A DNA stretch of 64,000 nt, from contig CAVYNY010000018.1 in assembly GCA_963769935.1 (NCBI GenBank), positions 96,001 to 160,000 on the forward strand, written 5' to 3'. Source of the DNA: an uncultured delta proteobacterium. GTDB taxonomy: Bacteria; Desulfobacterota; Desulfobacteria; Desulfobacterales; JAFDCJ01. Under the pieces are notes generated by a model. It saw nothing but the letters and a program-made list of their open reading frames with translations. It was not told where the DNA came from and did not search any database. Each line of letters starts with the position of its first letter. Within the stretch, counting starts at the first letter, position 1. Below, one piece after another: positions 58,518 through 64,000 of this stretch. The position numbers were made by a program, and so were the translations under genes.

Positions 58518-59051
58518 ATGAGTTTATTTTCGTCAAAATTGAGCAAAAGCCTGCCTCATAACAATAGCCGACAAACTGAGCGCCATGTTGTTCTGGTGGC
58601 CCCGGAAATCCACTGGAATACCGGAAATATCGGTCGAACCTGCCTGGCAACCGACACCTTCCTGCACCTGATCAAACCCCTGGGTTTTTCACTTGACAGC
58701 CGCGAGCTGAAAAGGGCCGGTCTGGATTACTGGGAAAAAGTCAAACTGGCGGTTTGGGATGATTTTGAGATCTTCCTGGCCGGAATGGAGCCTCAAGAGG
58801 GCGAGGTCGCGGTGTTTTCAAAAAGAGGCGCCCGGGCTTTCTGGTCCATGGTCTGCCCGCGGCGGATGTTTCTGGTCTTCGGATCCGAAACCCGCGGTCT
58901 TCCCGCCAACATCCTGCAACGATATGCCGCTGCAACCTATCACATACCCATCACATCACAAATCCGATCGTTAAATCTTTCCACAGCCGCCGGTATTGCC
59001 CTGTATGAGAGTCTGCGCGCGGCAAATCCTTTTCATGCTTGGTCCGGGTAG
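58518..59051 (+). CDS. trmL: tRNA (cytidine/uridine(34)-2'-O)-methyltransferase
   Basis: PEIHWNTGNIGRTC, LKRAGLDYW, FGSETRGLP and RSLNLS motifs; start position uncertain. Confidence 0.9.
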   Translation: MSLFSSKLSKSLPHNNSRQTERHVVLVAPEIHWNTGNIGRTCLATDTFLHLIKPLGFSLDSRELKRAGLDYWEKVKLAVWDDFEIFLAGMEPQEGEVAVFSKRGARAFWSMVCPRRMFLVFGSETRGLPANILQRYAAATYHIPITSQIRSLNLSTAAGIALYESLRAANPFHAWSG

Positions 59052-59143
59052 CGGCTAAGCCTCGACCGAGACTTAGTTCGGTAGAAGCGGCCAGTTTAAT
59101 CGAAGACGAAACTTTTTGGAACCAGATGATAGTTTAAGAAACT

Positions 59144-59248
59144 CGTGGGAGCGGTTTTCCCTCCGGGGCGTAAGCCCCACGGGCTGGAGGCAACCGCGAT
59201 TAACTCGGTCGGGCCAAGGTCTGTAATCGTGGTTAAAAGCCACTCCCC
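59144..59248. repeat. REP/REPIN-like doublet interrupted by a short hairpin insert
   Basis: gtgggagcggtttt[ccctccggggcgtaagccccacgggctggaggc]aaccgcgat ... atcgtggttaaaagccactccc. Confidence 0.55.
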
Positions 59249-59341
59249 CCCGGCATTAACCATAGTACATAGTTTGATAAATACGGATGGCCTGCTTTGG
59301 AGTCTCGATCCGCATCTAATCTAATCCGCACAGGGCGTCAA

Positions 59342-60574
59342 TCAGTGCGCAGCAGCGGCAGCCCTTTCCTTAAGCTCCGCTGTGACATTCCCATTGCCGT
59401 CCAATTCCGAGAGTACGGCATCCAACCCGGCCGCCAGATCCGTCTTAAACCCCTGTAAGGCCAGAGCCCGGCTGATGGCGGGAATAAAAAAGAGAACGTT
59501 GTCGGCTGAAGAAGAATATCCCATCAACCCAACGCGCCATACTTTCCCTTTGAGGCGCCCGAATCCACCGCCGATATCCAGCTTGAATTTTTCCAGCAGG
59601 TAGCGCCTTAGTTTAATATCGTCCACACCTTCGGGAATCAAAACCGTATTCAGGGTCGGCAGTCGATATTGCGGACTCACCAGCATCTTGAGTCCCAGGG
59701 CTTCGACGCCTGCCACCAGGGCTTTATGATTCTTGAGATGGCGGGCAAACCGGTTTGCCAGTCCTTCTTCGTGGATCAGAAGCAGCGCCTCCAGCAGGGC
59801 ATAATTCAACGTGCTTGAACTCGTGTGATGGTAAACCCGTTCGGTGCCCCAGTATTTTTCAATCAGCGATATATCCAGGTACCAGCTTCGTACGGGATTT
59901 TTGCGCTTTTTTACGGCTTCAAGGCCGCGTTCGCTGATGGTTATCGGGGATAGACCGGCCGGACACCCAATACATTTTTGTGAGCAGCTGAAGCAGCCGT
60001 CGATGCCCCATTCATCCACCTTGACTTCGACACCGCCTAGGGAGGAAACCGTGTCCAGCATCAACAAGGTATCGGTTTCCCGGGCCAGCCGGGCGATGTC
60101 CTCGATGGGCTGCAGAACGCCGGTGGATGTTTCGGCATGCACCAGGGCCACCAGTTTGTAATCGGTCTGCTTTAGCGCGGCCGCCACGCGCTCCGGATCG
60201 ACGGGCCGGCCCCATTCTTCCTCGATAATGGTGATCTCAGCCTCCTGGCGCTCCGCCATTTGCCGGATGCGATCGCCGAAAAAGCCGTTTACACAAATCA
60301 AAACCCGGTCCCCCGGCTCGATCAGATTGGCGACGCAGGCCTCCATGCCGGACGAACCGGTTCCCGGCATTGCGTTGGTGAGCCTGTTGCGGGTGCCGAA
60401 AACCGGCGGCAGCAGTTCGCCGATTCGGTCTAAAACCTTGAGATATACCGGATCCAAATATCCGATGACCGGCGAGGACATCGCCTTGTATACCCGGGGG
60501 TGGACATCCAGCGGTCCCGGCCCCATCAATCTGCGCAATGGTGCTTCCTGTCGTTGTAAGTTCAACGTTTCCAT
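59342..60574 (-). CDS. Alanine/serine-glyoxylate aminotransferase family (class V PLP)
   Basis: LMGPGP, GTGSSGME, VHAETSTGV, DTVSSLGG, SQKC and WRVGLMG motifs; TTGACA-N17-TATAAG promoter candidate at 60735-60763. Confidence 0.92.
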   Translation of the reverse strand: METLNLQRQEAPLRRLMGPGPLDVHPRVYKAMSSPVIGYLDPVYLKVLDRIGELLPPVFGTRNRLTNAMPGTGSSGMEACVANLIEPGDRVLICVNGFFGDRIRQMAERQEAEITIIEEEWGRPVDPERVAAALKQTDYKLVALVHAETSTGVLQPIEDIARLARETDTLLMLDTVSSLGGVEVKVDEWGIDGCFSCSQKCIGCPAGLSPITISERGLEAVKKRKNPVRSWYLDISLIEKYWGTERVYHHTSSSTLNYALLEALLLIHEEGLANRFARHLKNHKALVAGVEALGLKMLVSPQYRLPTLNTVLIPEGVDDIKLRRYLLEKFKLDIGGGFGRLKGKVWRVGLMGYSSSADNVLFFIPAISRALALQGFKTDLAAGLDAVLSELDGNGNVTAELKERAAAAAH

Positions 60575-60885
60575 GTTCAAATTTCCTTCTCTATGATAAT
60601 TTCGGCTCAAACCCGTCGATCGCCCCCCCACTCGCAGACTCGAAGGTTCAGCCGGTTTATTAATTCCGACATAAAAATTTTCATATCGGCCGCTCGGGGC
60701 AGCCAAACTGAAAAACTGCAGCTGTAAGCCGACGCTTATAGTGGAATCCGGTCGATGTGTCAAGGAGATGAAACAGGGGGTCGAAAGGTTTTCGAATCGT
60801 TAATCCGACTTGATTTATATCCTTTTATAGCCCATAGTGCACCCGTCCATGGTTATCTGAATTTATTCACAAAGGGCATGCCGAA

Positions 60886-61215
60886 TTGCGGAATTTAATA
60901 TCGATCATATCTTTTTTCATGGCTGTTTTCGGCAGCCTGGCGGTCATGTTTATCAGGGATCGCGAAAAACAAAAAATGGCCTCGATGGTGGCTCTGGTTT
61001 TTCTGCTGGCCTTTTTTATCAATATCGGCGGAACCCAAAATCTGTTTTTAAAAATTGCCTGCCTGATTGCGTTTGCAATTTCAATCCTGGGGGGGATTAT
61101 CACCATTTTCAGCAATGTTGAGTACACTCGCATCGGCGCCATGGTCGTCGGCGTGGTTGCTCTCGGCGTCTCCCTTCTGATTCTTTTTACCTCTATCGAA
61201 TTTCCGCTCTTTTGA
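60886..61215 (+). CDS. Small four-TM membrane protein, hypothetical
   Basis: Four hydrophobic segments filling the intergenic space. Confidence 0.6.
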   Translation: MRNLISIISFFMAVFGSLAVMFIRDREKQKMASMVALVFLLAFFINIGGTQNLFLKIACLIAFAISILGGIITIFSNVEYTRIGAMVVGVVALGVSLLILFTSIEFPLF

Positions 61216-61240
61216 TTTCATATCAGCCATGAAATATTTT

Positions 61241-61414
61241 TTCACCGCAGAGCGCGCAGAGAAAAATTTTCACAAGTAATTAAAAAATTTTGATTCAAGA
61301 CTTGAAAATTCGAAGATCGGTTTTTGTAAAGCAGATTATTCTTTATGTTTGCTGCCCCCTCAACGGCAAACATAAAATAAATATCCTCTGCGCACTTTGC
61401 GGCTCTGCGGTGAA
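61241..61414. mobile_element. MITE-like element with TTCACCGCAGAG terminal inverted repeats
   Basis: ttcaccgcagagcgcgcagag ... ctctgcgcactttgcggctctgcggtgaa; internal hairpin tttatgtttgctg..cggcaaacataaa. Confidence 0.75.
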
Positions 61415-61470
61415 TATTAAATCATAATAATGAATGTCTAAATCACTATTTCCACATCAGCCGTATCCCA

Positions 61471-62505
61471 TCAGGCGGCGGCGGTGGATTTTTGGCGGGA
61501 TTCGAAATCTCTTTTGACGTGGTTGAAAAGCAGAGCGGCGCTGTCTTGGACCGGCTGGTGCCAGAATTTTACGATACGCATGGCAATCCGGACAATGTTT
61601 TCGGACGCCAAGCTGCTGTGATAATTGGGTAAGAAGGGATGGCGATTTCTAATGGACGCTAAAACGGACCTGTCTTTGAACACAAAACCGAAGTAATCGG
61701 CTTCGATGGAAAGAATCTCCCCCATGGTCCGACTGATATTAAATGCCATTCTGGAGTCAGCCGGATTTTCTCCCATGTTGATGACGATACGGGGCCGATA
61801 CTGCTGATAATTAGAGCTCACGGCCTCGCCGGCTTCAGGATCTTCAGCCATAATTTTTTGGTGCACATCTTTAATCGATAGGGCTTGTTCTTCCATCGGA
61901 CGTTTGAATAAATCCTGCAGAATTTCCCACGCAGCATGATGGCGAACCATTTCTCTTTCAATTGAACGCAGCAGAAAATTCTTTAAAAATCCAAGCATCC
62001 CCATCACCGCCGTCGGCTCCGGCGTCGTGACCAGCAAACCATTTTCAGAGAGGCGAAAAAAATCCAGGGTATTATAGGAGGAACCGGCGCCAAGATCCAG
62101 CAGGATGTAATCGGCCGGCAGCCTGCGGAGGCGGGTCATGAGTTTGATTTTTTGCGCATAGGCCAGGTTGGCCATAAACGGCGTTTTGCCGGCGCCGGGC
62201 AGGAAAAAGAGATTGGGAGTCCCGGCGGGCACCAGCAGTTCTTCCAGTTCGGCACAGCGGGCTTTGAGAAAATCGCCGATACCGGGGTTCCGGTTGGAAA
62301 GACCCAAAAAGGAATGCAAGTTGGCGCCGCCGAAATCCAGATCGGCCACAATCACCCGGTGTCCCGCTTCGGCCAGGGCCATCGCCAGGTTGGCCGCAAT
62401 AAAAGTTTTGCCGACACCGCCTTTGCCGGAGGCAACCGGAATGATGACGGCGCCCGAATTTGCATCCTGGTAATTGTTTTGCTTCAAAATTCGGAGTGAA
62501 TCCAT
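61471..62505 (-). CDS. MinD/FlhG(FleN)-like P-loop ATPase
   Basis: Deviant Walker A SGKGGVGKT; DLDFGGANL, LDLGAG and VTTPEPTA motifs. Confidence 0.88.
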   Translation of the reverse strand: MDSLRILKQNNYQDANSGAVIIPVASGKGGVGKTFIAANLAMALAEAGHRVIVADLDFGGANLHSFLGLSNRNPGIGDFLKARCAELEELLVPAGTPNLFFLPGAGKTPFMANLAYAQKIKLMTRLRRLPADYILLDLGAGSSYNTLDFFRLSENGLLVTTPEPTAVMGMLGFLKNFLLRSIEREMVRHHAAWEILQDLFKRPMEEQALSIKDVHQKIMAEDPEAGEAVSSNYQQYRPRIVINMGENPADSRMAFNISRTMGEILSIEADYFGFVFKDRSVLASIRNRHPFLPNYHSSLASENIVRIAMRIVKFWHQPVQDSAALLFNHVKRDFESRQKSTAAA

Positions 62506-62933
62506 GTCAACAACTTGACGCCACGAAACTATTGAAAATTGAAGATTGAAGATTGAATAATTAAGGAATTCTGCCGATTTTAATACTCACGGCCCGAATG
62601 AAAAGCCCTTATCAAGAAACGATATTCTGTATCCAAGATCAGGCAACACTTTACCAGAATTCCAAAACCTTGCACCGTATGCCTTGAGCCGAATGCCGTT
62701 AACGCTATACCTTACACCTTAAACCGTGCGCCATATATCCGTCTATTTCCAACAGACCAGCATCAAGCAACCGGAATCCAGCATCCAGCATTCCAGTAAC
62801 CAGTATTCCGCAGCCTGCATCCCGCAACTCGCAACGTCCTGTTTGACAGAACAAAGAATGTGGTTATATTTTCAATGCAATTTTCAGACCAACAAACTAT
62901 TTATGGCAGGCATTTTTTATCGGGGGAGACGAT

Positions 62934-64000
62934 ATGCGCTTTGACAAATTTACCATAAAATCTCAGGAACTGATTCAAAATTCCCAGACGCTCGCATCCC
63001 AGCGCGGCCATCAGCAAATTGAGCCCGAGCATCTGCTGGCAGCGATGCTGCAGGAGCGCGAGGGTATTGCCGGCGCTATGCTGCGCAAACTGGGTGTGTC
63101 ACCGGCTGATATCAACCGCCAGGTCATGGCCGCATTGGAAAAATTACCGCAAATCAGCGGCGGCAGTCGGCGAAGCCTACCTGTCGCCCAGGGCCAAAGC
63201 GGTCCTGGAAGGAGCGTTTACCGAAGCCGGCAAAATGAAAGATGAATACGTCAGCATTGAACACATTTTTCTGGCCATTGCCGAAGAGAAAAAGGGCGAT
63301 GCCGCCGGAATTCTTGCCCGCGTCCGGTGTCACCCGGGATTCGATCCTGAAAGTACTGCTGGAAATTCGCGGCACCCAGCGCATTACCGACCCGAATCCG
63401 GAAGAAAAATACCAGGCGCTGGAACGTTTCAGCCGGGATCTCACCGATTTGGCCCGCCGCGGCAAACTCGATCCGGTCATCGGCAGGGATGAAGAAATCC
63501 GCCGCGTCGTGCAGGTCCTTTCCAGAAGAACCAAAAACAATCCGGTGCTGATCGGTGAGCCGGGGGTCGGCAAGACGGCTATCATAGAAGGGCTGGCAGG
63601 GCGCATTGTGGCCGGTGATGTCTCCGAGACCCTGAAAAACCGGCGGCTGGTGGCCCTTGACATGGGTGCGCTGATTGCCGGAGCCAAATACCGGGGAGAA
63701 TTTGAAGACCGCCTCAAAGCGGTTCTAAAAGAAGTGGAAAGTGCCGAGGGTGAGATCATTCTTTTCATTGATGAGCTTCACACCGTGGTGGGGGCCGGTG
63801 CCGCCGAAGGTGCCGTGGATGCCTCCAACATGCTTAAACCGGCCCTTGCCAGGGGCACCCTGCGGTGCGTGGGGGCGACGACCATCAACGAATATCGCAA
63901 GTATATCGAAAAAGATGCCGCGCTGGAAAGACGGTTCCAACCGGTCCTGGTTAAAGAACCCTCCGTGGAGGATACCATCTCGATTCTGCGGGGGCTGAAG
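62934..64000 (+). CDS. clpB: Chaperone ClpB, N-terminal part, interrupted by two +1 frameshifts (runs off window end)
   Basis: [12 protein letters not shown]... in frame A, GEAYLSPR...DEYVSIEH in frame B, GVTRD...[15 protein letters not shown]...GEPGVGKT...LFIDELH...ALERRFQ in frame C. Confidence 0.9.

Noticed and set aside
60575..60763. Glycine or other riboswitch, or N-terminal extension, upstream of the aminotransferase
   Set aside because: No recognisable aptamer consensus; the ORF's TTG is the -35 box of a promoter candidate.
63154..63340. Programmed ribosomal frameshifting in clpB
   Set aside because: No slippery heptamer at either shift, and two successive +1 shifts are more typical of sequencing error.

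Overview
Gene-dense 64 kb bacterial segment, most consistent with a Desulfobacterales-like sulfate reducer (inferred from a complete dsrT-dsrMKJOP operon and the sigma54/chemosensory gene content). From left to right: obgE-rpmA-rplU, fdhD and an aldo/keto reductase. An ArsR/SmtB repressor sits beside a DUF318/SO_0444-type permease whose conserved PLCSCG motif has an in-frame TGA (probable selenoprotein). An unusual two-component pair follows: a soluble histidine kinase fused to a degenerate sugar-ABC ATPase domain, plus an NtrC-type activator. It lies divergent from a consensus sigma54 promoter heading an ~18 kb arabinose/galactose uptake and catabolism cluster (ytfQRT-yjfF-like ABC, second sugar ABC, polyol dehydrogenase, araB, galT, galK, araA, araD, galM). 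Next come pit/DUF47, SDRs, an AEC transporter and two Gate-domain membrane proteins. A second sigma54 activator and promoter head a Pil/Chp-like chemosensory operon with no CheB/CheR but with an M16 peptidase and an unannotated 51-aa protein. The window ends with dsrPOJKMT, an RsbU/STAS pair, trmL, a class V aminotransferase, an FlhG/MinD ATPase and a frameshifted clpB start. Intergenic DNA carries several families of MITE/REP-like and 7-9-nt periodic inverted-arm elements. No rRNA, tRNA, CRISPR array or transposase was recognised. All assignments come from reading motifs by eye; no searches were run.
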